A stretch of DNA of 64,000 nucleotides from Candidatus Aminicenantes bacterium (GTDB taxonomy: Bacteria > Acidobacteriota > Aminicenantia > Aminicenantales > Aminicenantaceae). Made by a program: the position numbers and the translations under genes. Shown piece after piece: positions 44,008 through 54,755 of this stretch (its first letter is position 1; every line of letters starts with the position of its first letter). Under the pieces are notes generated by a model. That model was given only the letters and a program-made list of their open reading frames with translations, ran no database searches and had not been told where the DNA came from. The DNA lies in contig JAWODN010000121.1 of assembly GCA_046483285.1 (NCBI GenBank), forward strand, positions 5,899 through 69,898, given 5' to 3'.

Positions 44008-47000
44008 CTATATTTGAAGAGGGTCTTCCGCCAGGATACGGTCGAAAGTCTGGAGAAGCACGTCCGCGTTTTCTTCATTGAAAACCAGAGGCGGCTTGAT
44101 TTTGATCACGTTGCGGTCCGGTCCGTCCGTGCTGACAAGAATTCCTTCCTCCCTCATTCTCTCAGCCGCGTAGACAGCCTGGGCGGATGCGGGCTTGAAC
44201 GTCTCCCGTTCCTGAACCAGTTCCACTCCGATAAAAAGTCCCCTTCCCCGGACGTCTCCGATCAACGGATATTTTTTCTTCAAGCGTTCCAGCCCGGCCA
44301 TTATCCTGCTTCCGGTCAGCTGTGCATTTTCCTGAAGATTCTCCTGTTCAATGACGTCCAGAACCGCCATGCCGGCGGCGCAGGCCACGGGACTTCCGCC
44401 ATATGTGTTAAAGTATTCCATGCCCCCGGCGAACTTTTCCGCGATGCGGGGAGTGGTCACAACAGCTGCCAGGGGAAAACCATTGCCCATGGGCTTGCCC
44501 AGAGTGACGATATCCGGAATCACATTCTGCGTTTCAAAACCCCAAAAACAGCTCCCCGGCCTTCCGAACCCAACCTGGACTTCATCCGCAATGCAAACCC
44601 CGCCGGCCTTCCTGATGATCCGGTAGGCTTCCTCCAGATAACCGGGCGGAAACACAATCTGGCCTCCGCAGCCCGGAAGCGATTCCGAAATAAAAGCAGC
44701 CAGCCCCCTACCCCGCTCCTGAATCCTTTCGACGGCGTCCCGGACATGAACGGCGTATTTTTTCCCGGCCTCACTGTCGCCGTACCGGTAAGGCCCGCGG
44801 AAAAGATCGGGCATAACCACGGTTTGAGTATGAGGGGGTTTTCCCCGCCCCCCCGGGCCGTTGAATTTATAAGAGCTGATATCGATCAAAGAACCCAAGT
44901 TCCCATGGTAAGCTCCCTCCTCCGCAACGACATCCTGTCCCCCGCTGAAGCAGCGTGCCATTCGAAGGGCCAGGTCGTTGGCCTCACTTCCTGAATTGAC
45001 AATGGTGCACACCTGAAGGCCGCCGGGAAGCCGTTCCGCCAGCCGGCGGGCGTAGCGGACCACATCATCGTGCAGGTAACGGGTGTTCGTATTCAGCACG
45101 CTCAATTGCTTATTTACGGCATCAACCACACGCGGGTGCTCATGCCCGACATGGGGAACATTATTGACGGCGTCCAGGAATGCCCGGCCAGTGTGATCGT
45201 AAAGAAAACATCCGCTGCCCCGGACGATTTTGAGCGGCTTCCTGTAGGAAACACTTAAAGCCCCGAGAAGGTATTTTTTCCGGAGACGCAATATTTCCGG
45301 AACCGTAAGGGAATCATCCTTGATCTCTTCCTCAGGGAGGCCGGCGATGAGATTCGGATCCGGGCACAGACTCAACCACACATCTCTCTCGTCCGCCCGG
45401 GCCACACCCGGGAAATCTCCCGTGCGGCCAAGCATATCCATGATCAATTGAAAATGAAGATGAGGGGCCCACCCCCTGTTCTCGGATGAATCCCCCATCC
45501 ATCCAAAAATCTCCCCTTTTTTTATCACCTTCCCCGGATACACGCCTTCCAGAGAAGAAGCGCTGAGATGTCCGTAAAGAGTATAAAACTCAATGTCTTC
45601 GCCGCCGGCCCGGTGTTTGAGGATTATGGTGGGCCCATAATCCAGCTCACCGCGGTTATTCCGGAAGCTATGCACCTCACCGTCTAACGGCGCTTTCACC
45701 GGGCTTCCCGGCGGCATAAACACGTCTAAACCCAAATGAACGGTGCGGTCCTGAAAAAGATCACTGGTATACACCAGCCGGGCTTCGTCATAACGGCCGA
45801 TCCCGATGGTTTCCCCGGCTTTTTCCCGCCACGCCTTCATTTTCCGGTGCATGAGTTCCGCCGGTGTTAAACCTTTTTCATTTCCCAGCCAGCGGCTTCC
45901 TATGCTGAGATCAAACACAGTCCGTCCGGCTTGGTTCAAGGGAGGAACGGTGATCGGGCCGATTTCCGAACTCCGCAACTTCAGCCATTCCTCAATTCGG
46001 CTTGTGCGGGGGCAGGGGGGATAGCCGCAGGCGGCGCGGAAGGAATACCATGCGAAATCCGGAGATATCCGCTGCATTCGCTCCAGGAGCTTCCATACCG
46101 GATTCTCAGAAACAGACAGATAGGTGTTTCCGGGGTGAAGGGTTTTTTGGTAAGCGGAAATACAGACGCTCATCAAAAGCCTCAGCTGGATCAGGTTATA
46201 AAGGACCTTCAATTCTTTTTCCTGAAACGGCCGGCGGGAATGATATCCCGCCGCCGCCCGGCAAGCCGCCGGCAATGGATTCCGTTTGTCCAGCATCACA
46301 TAAGCGCAGACCACCGCCGCCTCCGCCAGTTTATACGTATAAATCATATCCCCGAAATCAATGATCCCCGCGACCCGCATATCTCCGAAGGATCCGGGCT
46401 CCCGGGAAGGAGGAGAAATGATAATATTGTGATCGTTACCGTCATTATGAATGAGCCCCATGGCCAGCCCGGCCTTTTCCAACCCGCCCTCCGACCGGAT
46501 CCGGCGGCTGAATTGTTCCACCAGGCCGGCTTTTTTCTTGTCCGTGATATGCCTTTTGAATTCATCGATCACAGAAAAGGCGTTTTTTAAATCCCATATC
46601 AATTCTCTGCGTCCGGCCGGATGAGAAAAATCCGCCAGAGACCTTTCCATGTCCCCGAAAAACTCCCCCACCCGAAAAAGCAGGTCCGAAGAGTGGGGGT
46701 TGACCTCCGCCAAAACTTTCCCGGGGAGATAACTCACCAGCCTGACAAAATGAACCCGGCCTTCTTGATTTTCCAACGTTTCCATATCCCGGCCGGATAC
46801 AGCCGGAATAAGCCGCGGACAGGAGCCGGCGGTCATTTTTTTATTCAAATGTTCCATCGCCTTGTTCTGAAGATCCAGGATGTCTTGTTTTTCTTCCGGA
46901 TTGGCGATCTTCAGCACAAATTCGCCTTTGTTTTCTTCCTTCAGATAAAAATTCTGATCCCGCTCTGACGGAAGCGGCTCCGCCTCCGCTTCTAATCCGT

Positions 47001-47115
47001 ATAAACACCGGGCGGCGGCCCCGGCCTCTTCCCGGCTGAATGAAGGCGCGCTTCCGGCTGTGGATTTAAAAACTCCGTTCTTCATGTGATTTCTCCTTAT
47101 CTTTATATTTTTCAC
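44008..47115 (-). CDS. three-domain fusion: APH-type (hydroxylysine/homoserine kinase II-like) phosphotransferase + M23 peptidase domain + class-III aminotransferase-fold PLP domain
   Basis: 1035 aa. N-terminal [12 protein letters not shown]...VLKIAN, catalytic loop [14 protein letters not shown] and IIDFGDM (APH fold). Middle domain has [23 protein letters not shown] (HxxxD) and YGHLS...[10 protein letters not shown] (HxH), i.e. intact M23 motifs. C-terminal domain has [11 protein letters not shown] and [11 protein letters not shown] (class-III aminotransferase fold, the family of ethanolamine-phosphate phospho-lyase). Confidence 0.75.
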   Translation of the reverse strand: MKNIKIRRNHMKNGVFKSTAGSAPSFSREEAGAAARCLYGLEAEAEPLPSERDQNFYLKEENKGEFVLKIANPEEKQDILDLQNKAMEHLNKKMTAGSCPRLIPAVSGRDMETLENQEGRVHFVRLVSYLPGKVLAEVNPHSSDLLFRVGEFFGDMERSLADFSHPAGRRELIWDLKNAFSVIDEFKRHITDKKKAGLVEQFSRRIRSEGGLEKAGLAMGLIHNDGNDHNIIISPPSREPGSFGDMRVAGIIDFGDMIYTYKLAEAAVVCAYVMLDKRNPLPAACRAAAGYHSRRPFQEKELKVLYNLIQLRLLMSVCISAYQKTLHPGNTYLSVSENPVWKLLERMQRISPDFAWYSFRAACGYPPCPRTSRIEEWLKLRSSEIGPITVPPLNQAGRTVFDLSIGSRWLGNEKGLTPAELMHRKMKAWREKAGETIGIGRYDEARLVYTSDLFQDRTVHLGLDVFMPPGSPVKAPLDGEVHSFRNNRGELDYGPTIILKHRAGGEDIEFYTLYGHLSASSLEGVYPGKVIKKGEIFGWMGDSSENRGWAPHLHFQLIMDMLGRTGDFPGVARADERDVWLSLCPDPNLIAGLPEEEIKDDSLTVPEILRLRKKYLLGALSVSYRKPLKIVRGSGCFLYDHTGRAFLDAVNNVPHVGHEHPRVVDAVNKQLSVLNTNTRYLHDDVVRYARRLAERLPGGLQVCTIVNSGSEANDLALRMARCFSGGQDVVAEEGAYHGNLGSLIDISSYKFNGPGGRGKPPHTQTVVMPDLFRGPYRYGDSEAGKKYAVHVRDAVERIQERGRGLAAFISESLPGCGGQIVFPPGYLEEAYRIIRKAGGVCIADEVQVGFGRPGSCFWGFETQNVIPDIVTLGKPMGNGFPLAAVVTTPRIAEKFAGGMEYFNTYGGSPVACAAGMAVLDVIEQENLQENAQLTGSRIMAGLERLKKKYPLIGDVRGRGLFIGVELVQERETFKPASAQAVYAAERMREEGILVSTDGPDRNVIKIKPPLVFNEENADVLLQTFDRILAEDPLQI

Positions 47116-47224
47116 AAATAATGATTGGATGTAAATCGGGAATTGCGGCTCGTGATCCGCGAATGGGGAAGTAAAGACTTTGATTGACGGTTTTTTTTGA
47201 CCATATCCCCGTAATATGATAATT

Positions 47225-47300
47225 TATATAATAATTTAGCCTGGATAATGAACGGGCCGGGATGGCCGCAGATGCGGGACGCAGGGCCTAAAGAGGAAGA
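47225..47300. repeat. short copy of mosaic repeat modules A and F
   Basis: TTTAGCCTGGATAATGAACGGGCCGGGATGGCCGCAGATGCGGGACGCAGGGCC is similar to 38370-38420 and 60125-60170. Confidence 0.55.
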
Positions 47301-47429
47301 AAAATCCGACAAAAAAAATTAAATAAAATTATTTCCACTATTCCGGGAACCTCCAGGGAAGAGCCTTGGAATTCCTTAAATATCGACCTCAGCGCGGTTC
47401 AATCCAATTTTCAATATCTCCGTTCGCGC

Positions 47430-48965
47430 ATGCCCGGCGAAGCAGTGTTTTATTCAGTGCTGAAAGCGGATGCTTACGGCCACGGGCTCCGCGAGATCGC
47501 CCTGGCATTAACCCAGGCCGGCTGCCGCCGCTTTGCTGTGGAGTCCCCGCAGGAAGGAATCCGGCTGCGAAACGAAGGGATCTCCTCCGAAATCCTGCTC
47601 ATGAATCCTATTCCTGATTGGATGGCGGAAATATGCGTTCAGAATGACTTAAGCGTCTCGGTCATTCACCGCTCCATTCTCACCCCCTTGGAAGAAGCCG
47701 CCCGGTCCATGGATAAAACCTGCCGGATTCATCTCAACGTCAATGTCGGACTTCACCGCATGGGTATCGCGCGGTCCAGGCTGCTGCAGGTGGCCCGGAA
47801 AGCCGAAAGAATGCCTCACTTGATTCTGCAGGGGATATTCGGGCAGCCCCGGACTCCGGATACCGCTCCACAGGCCTACCGGATGCTCAAAGACAGCTAT
47901 CATCAGTTAATCCAGAAGAACATCCGGCCCCTCAGCCTTCATTTCGCCAACAGCGCCGCTTTCTTGACATGTCCCGAAACCGCCGCGGAAGGAGCCCGGC
48001 TGGGCATTCTTCTATACGGGGTGCTTCCCATGGAAATCTACAAAAAGAAATCATCGCCGCCTCCTTTGAAACCGGCCATGAGCCTGGATACGGAATTGGT
48101 GCAGATCCGCGATCTCCCCCGCGGCAGCCGGTTTGGTTACCATTCTCACAAAAAAACAGATAGGGATATGCGGATCGGGGTGATCCCGCTGGGCTATTAT
48201 CACGGTCTCGACCGGAAAATGGCCCAAGGAGGATACGCACTGCTGCATGGGCGTAAAGCCTTTTTCCAAGGAAGCATTTCCATGAACGCCTCCACTCTCG
48301 ACATAACCGGAATCCCCGGCGGGAAAATCGGAGACCGGGTCACCGTCATCGGAAAGCAGGGGAATCAAACCATAGACATCAATCAACTGGCAGTCCAGGC
48401 CGGGACTATAGCCGCTGAACTCATGATGCGGCTGGGAGGAAATTTAGTCAAAACATACAGGCTGTCGGAAGGGGCTCCCTCCTATGGAATGCATATTGAC
48501 AAAGACCGCTTCGACGTCGATATCCTGTATTTACGCAGCGCCAAATCCCTTCCGGATTGGCTCAGCCTCTATGACATCGTTGGTTTTATCCAGCAGCAGA
48601 TGGGAGAATTCAGCGAACCGAGAGATGCTGTGGATTACGCCATCGGCTATGCGCTGTCCGCAGTGCGGCCGGGAAAAGGATTCATTTTTCTCTGCGTATC
48701 CGGGAAACGTATCATAGGCGCTTCCGTGTGCGTTCAAACCGAAACCCACGGTTTTATCCCGAAAAACATTCTTTTGTATCTATGTGTTCACCCCGAATTC
48801 CGGGGGAAAGGATTGGGAAAAGGACTGCTGCGGGATACCCTGACCGCCGGGGGCGGCGACTGTAAAGTCCACATTCAACCCGGCAACCCCGCCGCCGGTT
48901 TTTTTGAAAAAATGGGATTTGAAAAAAAATATCTTGAATACCGTTTTTCAAAAGGAGACACTTGA
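47430..48965 (+). CDS. alr: alanine racemase fused to a C-terminal GNAT acetyltransferase domain; the conserved N-terminus extends upstream of the first canonical start
   Basis: 511 aa. PLP-lysine motif VLKADAYGHG. C-terminal GNAT motif A HPEFRGKGLGKGLL. The in-frame upstream sequence back to the stop at 47289-47291 encodes LNIDLSAVQSNFQYLRSR, which aligns to the Alr N-terminus, but contains no ATG, GTG or TTG. Confidence 0.75.
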   Translation: MPGEAVFYSVLKADAYGHGLREIALALTQAGCRRFAVESPQEGIRLRNEGISSEILLMNPIPDWMAEICVQNDLSVSVIHRSILTPLEEAARSMDKTCRIHLNVNVGLHRMGIARSRLLQVARKAERMPHLILQGIFGQPRTPDTAPQAYRMLKDSYHQLIQKNIRPLSLHFANSAAFLTCPETAAEGARLGILLYGVLPMEIYKKKSSPPPLKPAMSLDTELVQIRDLPRGSRFGYHSHKKTDRDMRIGVIPLGYYHGLDRKMAQGGYALLHGRKAFFQGSISMNASTLDITGIPGGKIGDRVTVIGKQGNQTIDINQLAVQAGTIAAELMMRLGGNLVKTYRLSEGAPSYGMHIDKDRFDVDILYLRSAKSLPDWLSLYDIVGFIQQQMGEFSEPRDAVDYAIGYALSAVRPGKGFIFLCVSGKRIIGASVCVQTETHGFIPKNILLYLCVHPEFRGKGLGKGLLRDTLTAGGGDCKVHIQPGNPAAGFFEKMGFEKKYLEYRFSKGDT

Positions 48966-48968
48966 ATC

Positions 48969-50036
48969 ATGAATAAACTCGAAAAGCAATATCAAAAAGA
49001 TAACTTAACCTGGGACCAATGTGCTGAAATTTACGAACGGCAAATCGTCGGAGGACACCCCGACATCGCCGCTTTTGAAAATTTTGAAGAAGATTTTTTA
49101 GATAAAATGCTGCGGTTTCTCGGGAAAAGCCAGAAGCGCCCCCTTAAATTAATGGATCTCGGGTGCGGATCCGGACGGCTCCATCTGCGATACGCCGCCA
49201 AGACTATGAAACCTTCCCGCAGCGAAAAAAACGAGGCTCTGCAAAAATTCCGGTATAACCGCCCATTTCTCGCCTATGACGACATCCTGGCTGAATCATT
49301 ATCCGAAGTCTGGGGAATTGATTTCTCCAAAAAAATGATCGAATTGGCCCGGAAAAAAATGAATGCGGCCGGTCTGGACAGAGGACTTTCCATAAAAACT
49401 CTTTTCAAGCAGGGATCCGCTTTCCAGCTGGAACCCCAGCCTAAACAATTTTTGCCGATTGCGGTCTGCCTGGTCAATTCCATCAGCGTGATGCAGGGTC
49501 CGGAAGGGGCGCAAAGTTTATTTAAAGCGATGCGGCGCGCCGTGGAACCGGCCGGCGGAATCGCCTTAATCGCCAATTATCAAAGTGAATTCGTTGAATC
49601 GCATGCTTTGGGTCAGTATGAATCGACTATGGACGTATCCGGCCAGCCTTGGTGGATGAAACCGGACACCTATGCCTCCGGCTATAAACTCATCCCCAAA
49701 AAATACAAACGTTCTTACTGCCGCAATCCCCGCCTGGCTGTGGATGTCTATGATGAAAAACAGCATCTGGTGGAAAAGGATTTTATCCTGGAAAGAGATC
49801 CGGAAAGAACCCGGCAGACCGTGGAAACCGGCCATATCCGCACACACACCAACTATCAATCCCATTGGTACAGTTATGCCCAGATGGAAGAATGGGCCCG
49901 TGAACATTGGGGAAAAAATATTTACCACTTTCCCACCGCAGATTTGGATATGATCAGGGCGGACGCGGCTCAGTTCACCATTCTGGATTCCGGAGATTGG
50001 CTTAAATCGCTTTTCCAGCGCTGGAAATTGACTTAA
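48969..50036 (+). CDS. class I SAM-dependent methyltransferase
   Basis: 355 aa. Motif I LMDLGCGSGRL. Confidence 0.5.
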   Translation: MNKLEKQYQKDNLTWDQCAEIYERQIVGGHPDIAAFENFEEDFLDKMLRFLGKSQKRPLKLMDLGCGSGRLHLRYAAKTMKPSRSEKNEALQKFRYNRPFLAYDDILAESLSEVWGIDFSKKMIELARKKMNAAGLDRGLSIKTLFKQGSAFQLEPQPKQFLPIAVCLVNSISVMQGPEGAQSLFKAMRRAVEPAGGIALIANYQSEFVESHALGQYESTMDVSGQPWWMKPDTYASGYKLIPKKYKRSYCRNPRLAVDVYDEKQHLVEKDFILERDPERTRQTVETGHIRTHTNYQSHWYSYAQMEEWAREHWGKNIYHFPTADLDMIRADAAQFTILDSGDWLKSLFQRWKLT

Positions 50037-51454
50037 TGCCCCATTCCTGGCTTCAATATCTTATCATCCTTCTGTATTTCATTTTCATCGTCGCTAAAGG
50101 TCTGCGCCGCTCCCGTGAGATAAAGGATACGGACGATTTTCTGGTCGCCGGGAGGCGGACCGGATGGTTTATATTGATGTGCACCATGGGAGCCACCGTC
50201 CTGGGGGGCGGCGCGTCGATCGGTGCTATCGGCCGGACTTATGAGTGGGGAATCCTCATGCTGGTTATTTCGACGGGATGGTATCTCCACTTTATTATTT
50301 CCGGACTTTTTGTGGCTCCGTATTTCCGCAAAGCCAGGCTGTATACCGTGGCCGGTTATTTCGGCCATCGATATGGAGAAAAAAGCCGGTTTTTGGCTTT
50401 TCTTCTTTCTCTCTTTTTTTCCGTCGGTATCCTGGGCGCTCAAATGGTGGCCTTTGGAAAAATCATCACCACCATGATACCGGAAATGTCCTATCTGGCC
50501 GCGGTCCTGGTTGGCGGAGGCATCGTGATTCTTTACAGCACCGCCGGGGGATTGCTGGCTGTGATTCACACGGATGTTTATCAGTTCATTATTCTTGTCG
50601 CCGGATTTTTTTTCACCGTCCTGCTTTGCGCTCCTGATCTTATCCGGGCCGGGGAAGCTGTCTCCCAAGCCGTGCCGGATTCGTTTTTCCAAATCGACGG
50701 CGGGATGGGGTGGCTTTTTCTGATTACCACTTTTTTGGCTTTTTTTCTGGGAGAAACGTTTGCCCCGGGATACGCCACCCGCTACTGCATCGGTAAAAAT
50801 GTCAAGGAAACCAAAAAAGGAATCGTCGGCGCCGGGGTCTTCCTCGCCTTCACTTTCCCGGTCATCCTCTTTTTTATCGCTCTCTACAGCCGGCTTCACT
50901 TTCCTGCAATAGATCCGGAAATGGCCCTTCCCAAAACGATTATCCAATTGAATAATCCAGTCATCGGAGGGATTATTATTGCGGCCCTGATGTGCGCAGT
51001 GATGTCATCTGCGGATTCCATCCTCAATTCCGCCACCGCCATATTTGTCAAGGACCTCTATGAAAAATACCTTTCCAATTCCCGGATGATGCAGAAAAGG
51101 GGATTGATTATCGCCCGCTTCAGCTCGGTGGGGCTGGGATTGCTGGGCATTTCCATGGCTCTGGCGCTTCCGAATGTCATCGACCTTCTTTTATTGACCT
51201 ATAACCTCTGGGCACCCGGAATCATCCTCCCTGTGCTGATTGGTGTTTTCTCCAGACGCCGTTCACAGCAGCATAACCTCTTGATCTTCAGCACGATGCT
51301 GCTGTCAACAACCGGGACGATTTTCTATATGGGCACAGCCTACGCTGAGGCGGTCCAGCCGAGTGTGTTCGGGGTGGTGATCTCTTGTGTCATCTATTTT
51401 GCCGGCCGGGTGCTTATGAAAATCATCCGGGCGGACCAGTCTTCCCCTGAATGA
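50036..51454 (+). CDS. sodium:solute symporter family transporter
   Basis: 472 aa, about 13 TM helices. N-terminal region FLVAGRRTGWFILMCTMGATVLGGGASIGAIG is typical of SSF. Confidence 0.75.
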   Translation: MPHSWLQYLIILLYFIFIVAKGLRRSREIKDTDDFLVAGRRTGWFILMCTMGATVLGGGASIGAIGRTYEWGILMLVISTGWYLHFIISGLFVAPYFRKARLYTVAGYFGHRYGEKSRFLAFLLSLFFSVGILGAQMVAFGKIITTMIPEMSYLAAVLVGGGIVILYSTAGGLLAVIHTDVYQFIILVAGFFFTVLLCAPDLIRAGEAVSQAVPDSFFQIDGGMGWLFLITTFLAFFLGETFAPGYATRYCIGKNVKETKKGIVGAGVFLAFTFPVILFFIALYSRLHFPAIDPEMALPKTIIQLNNPVIGGIIIAALMCAVMSSADSILNSATAIFVKDLYEKYLSNSRMMQKRGLIIARFSSVGLGLLGISMALALPNVIDLLLLTYNLWAPGIILPVLIGVFSRRRSQQHNLLIFSTMLLSTTGTIFYMGTAYAEAVQPSVFGVVISCVIYFAGRVLMKIIRADQSSPE

Positions 51455-52832
51455 ATTCTTTCCGGCGCTTGGCATTCAACCGGCAGATAATTCCATCCAG
51501 TTTCCGGCGCATCCGTGCGGCTGTTTTTTGATGCCGGGCCAGTAAATTGACGGCTTCTCCGGGATCTTCATCAAGGTCATATAACTCTTCAATGCCTTTA
51601 TGAACTTTTTCGCAGCATTGGCACCATCCTGTATTATCGGGTGCGAATATATATTTAAAGCGGGACTCGCGGAGACTGATTTTCCTCTGGAAATAGGATT
51701 CTTCTGAAAAAACAAAATCCCGGATTCTTTTTTTCTCCCCCCGCATCAGCGGCAGCAGGCTGGATCCGTCAAATCCGAGATGTTCCGGGGGGATTTTCAG
51801 CCAATCGCAGAGAGTCGGGACCAAATCAATATGCTGGATAAATCCTTTTATCCTTCGGCCCGGCTTGAATCGGTCCGGAAAATGAAAAATCAGAGGGCAG
51901 TGGGTGGTGACATCATAAAGTCCATGGTGGTCGAAAAATATGTCATGTTCGATCAAGCTTTCACCGTGATTCGAGGTGATGATCAGCCAAGTGTTATTGA
52001 GCAGGTCTTCTTGTTCAAGAAAACTCATCAAACGGCCGATATGGAAATCCACATACGTTACCGCCCCCTTATAGGCATCCTGCAAATGATCTTCTAAATC
52101 AGTAGCCTTGTTTTCTCTCCGGGGACGAAAGGCGCGAGGGGCATGATAAGGAGTATGGGTGTCCCAGTAATGAAGGAAAAGAAAAAAAGGGGCTCCATTT
52201 CTTTTCCCGGCCAAATCCATGCCGAGGTCCGTTACAAATCCGGCGTCTTGAACACGGGCCTGTTTAAAGGCAAACCGAAAAGTTTTGGAAGTCCCGGACA
52301 GCCCTTTCCACACCGAACGCAAAGAAAAATTTCTTTTTTTTGAATAAAGCCGCAAAAGGCTGAAATTGGAGATCAAGTGTTTGATGTGGATAGAGGGAAG
52401 CTTGAATATATTATGAAAAACTTCAGCCGGAAGGGACTTTTCTTTTTCATACCCGTAGTCATCAAACCCCCGGGTGAACCAGCGGCCCATCCCATCCACC
52501 CCCATGGTCTGATAACCATTCTCTTTCAGTATTTGAGGGAGTGTTCTGACCCCCATGCCGTCGAATGTTTCCTGGTCCCGGGGTTCGGCCTTATCACCAT
52601 GATGAATGATTCCATGGGTGCGGGGGTATCTTCCGGTTAGGATTGACGTCTGGCTTTGATCGGTGGTATTCCAAGTTGAAAAAACATCTTCGAATAAAAT
52701 TCCGTTCCCGGCCGCCTTGTCGATATTGGGGCTTGCTCCTGCTTCACATCCGTAACAGCCTAAATTTCTGGCCCTAAGGGCATCAACGACAATTAAAACA
52801 ATATTGGGATGATTCGCTGCTTCAGATGTCAT
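51423..52832 (-). CDS. sulfatase-like hydrolase/transferase (alkaline phosphatase superfamily)
   Basis: 469 aa. N-terminus [34 protein letters not shown] resembles the sulfatase signature but has Ser/Thr in place of the Cys/Pro. Confidence 0.6.
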   Translation of the reverse strand: MTSEAANHPNIVLIVVDALRARNLGCYGCEAGASPNIDKAAGNGILFEDVFSTWNTTDQSQTSILTGRYPRTHGIIHHGDKAEPRDQETFDGMGVRTLPQILKENGYQTMGVDGMGRWFTRGFDDYGYEKEKSLPAEVFHNIFKLPSIHIKHLISNFSLLRLYSKKRNFSLRSVWKGLSGTSKTFRFAFKQARVQDAGFVTDLGMDLAGKRNGAPFFLFLHYWDTHTPYHAPRAFRPRRENKATDLEDHLQDAYKGAVTYVDFHIGRLMSFLEQEDLLNNTWLIITSNHGESLIEHDIFFDHHGLYDVTTHCPLIFHFPDRFKPGRRIKGFIQHIDLVPTLCDWLKIPPEHLGFDGSSLLPLMRGEKKRIRDFVFSEESYFQRKISLRESRFKYIFAPDNTGWCQCCEKVHKGIEELYDLDEDPGEAVNLLARHQKTAARMRRKLDGIICRLNAKRRKEFIQGKTGPPG

Positions 52833-54447
52833 CGATAAAAGATTTTAAAATCCGTCCCCGGGCGGGTCCCCGGAGCTTTCTCAGCGCTTTGGCTTCGATC
52901 TGCCGAATCCGCTCCCGCGTGACTTTAAACTGCTGGCCCACTTCTTCCAGAGTGTGTTCGTTTCCATCCCCCAGTCCAAAACGCAGCCTCAATACCTTGG
53001 CTTCTCTCTCCGTAACGGATTTCAAAGCTTCCTCGATTTTTTCCTGTAAAGTCCGGTTGACCACAGCATCAGGAGGAGAAGGCAGGATTGTATCTTCAAT
53101 GAAATCCGCCAGCTGGCTGTCCTCATCCTCCCCGATAGGGGTCTCCAGGGATATGGGCGCTTGGGAGAGTTTTAATATTTTCCGCACTTTCCCCACCGGC
53201 AAATTCATATGCCTGGCCAGCTCTTCACTGCTGGGTTCCCTGCCGTATTCCTGCACGAATTTTTGCGATTGTTTGGTCAATTTATTGATGGTTTCGATCA
53301 TATGGACAGGAATCCGGATGGTCCTCGCCTGGTCGCAGACAGCCCGGGTGATGGCCTGACGTATCCACCAGGTCGCATAAGTGGAAAACTTATATCCCCG
53401 CTGGTATTCGAACTTATTTACTGCTTTAATAAGGCCCGTGTTTCCCTCTTGGATCAAATCCAGAAAATGCAGCCCCCGGTTGACATATTTTTTGGCGATG
53501 GATACCACCAGCCTTAAATTGGCGGCCACCAATTCATCACGGGCCTGATCACCTATGGCTTTTTCCAGTTTGATCCGGTGCATGAGACGGCGCAGACGCT
53601 TGGATGAAAAACCGGTTTCTTTTTGAATACATCTCAAATCCCGTTCAATATCCGATATCATGTTCTTGAGCAGTGAGCGCGGCCGCTTCCTTACGGTTTT
53701 CGCCATCTTCTTTTTTAGTTGACGGCCTTCATTCTCCAGCAAATCCATTTCTTGACACCGCTGGTATAATTTTTCAAGAACCCGGCTGATATATTCCTCT
53801 TTTGGCTGCAGCTCCCGTAGGTGCTGATTTATTCGAACCAGCGGCCTGAATACATAACCCGCGGGCTTTTTCTTTTTCCGCCGCTGCTTGCGGCGCATCT
53901 CAAAAACCTGGAATTGGTCTTGAATTTCGAGAATTTTATTTCTTATTAAGGCGCATTTTTCTATGAAATCCGAATCCAGATTGCCGTTGTCATAATCAAA
54001 AATCCGCACTATGACCCTTGGATCTGTCTCGCTTTCTTTAAGCAGGCTGTCCAGCTCCGCCATGAAAAAATTAGTCAGCGACAGAAGCTTGAGGATGTTG
54101 TTATCACTTCTTTCGATTTGCCGGGCCAGAGCCATTTCCCCTTTACGGGTTAAAAGAGAAATGCTCCCCATTTCCTTAAGGTAAAGTTTGACCGGATCCG
54201 TCGTCCGTCCGATATTTTCAAGGAAAGGCTTTTTTAAATGACTGGGTTTGCGGGGTATTTCCCGGAAACGGTCGATTATACGTATATTATTGCCATTCAG
54301 GATTTGAAGGAAATGATTGAATTCTTGTCCTGAATCCGGTTCGTCTCCGAATAGATCATAAACTTCATCTCCGATTATGTATCCTTCAATCAATCCTTTG
54401 GAGATGATTTCTCCCCTTTTTTTTTCTTTTTGGGTGTTATCGGCCAT
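52822..54447 (-). CDS. rpoD: RNA polymerase sigma factor RpoD (sigma-70)
   Basis: 541 aa. Region 2 [40 protein letters not shown]. Region 4 [27 protein letters not shown]. Acidic region 1. Confidence 0.9.
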   Translation of the reverse strand: MADNTQKEKKRGEIISKGLIEGYIIGDEVYDLFGDEPDSGQEFNHFLQILNGNNIRIIDRFREIPRKPSHLKKPFLENIGRTTDPVKLYLKEMGSISLLTRKGEMALARQIERSDNNILKLLSLTNFFMAELDSLLKESETDPRVIVRIFDYDNGNLDSDFIEKCALIRNKILEIQDQFQVFEMRRKQRRKKKKPAGYVFRPLVRINQHLRELQPKEEYISRVLEKLYQRCQEMDLLENEGRQLKKKMAKTVRKRPRSLLKNMISDIERDLRCIQKETGFSSKRLRRLMHRIKLEKAIGDQARDELVAANLRLVVSIAKKYVNRGLHFLDLIQEGNTGLIKAVNKFEYQRGYKFSTYATWWIRQAITRAVCDQARTIRIPVHMIETINKLTKQSQKFVQEYGREPSSEELARHMNLPVGKVRKILKLSQAPISLETPIGEDEDSQLADFIEDTILPSPPDAVVNRTLQEKIEEALKSVTEREAKVLRLRFGLGDGNEHTLEEVGQQFKVTRERIRQIEAKALRKLRGPARGRILKSFIDDI

Positions 54448-54540
54448 TTTCTCCTAATCTGACCCATTCATTAAAAAATGACCCGGACAGGCGGATCTTG
54501 CCGCATCAGCGGCGATCCCGGCACGTGGATTAGCCAGGCA
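54441..54540. repeat. degenerate mosaic repeat copy in the rpoD/otsA divergent promoter region
   Basis: TAATCTGACCCATTCATTAAAAAATGACC resembles module A. The following GCCGCATCAGCGGCGATCCCGGC resembles module F. Confidence 0.4.
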
Positions 54541-54755
54541 AAGAATAATGTCTGAATGATTTTTAATGCAGCACCTGTTGGCTTGGAATTATTTTATCCA
54601 TAAAAAAACAAGGACGGCGATATCAACCGAAACCGCTGTAAAACATCGAAATCCATTATTGCACATTCCGGAGATTTTCGCAAATCAGACAGCTGAAAAT
54701 TGATGTGTAAACTTCTTTACAGACGGAGGAAAAACAAGGTAAAATTATATACAGG

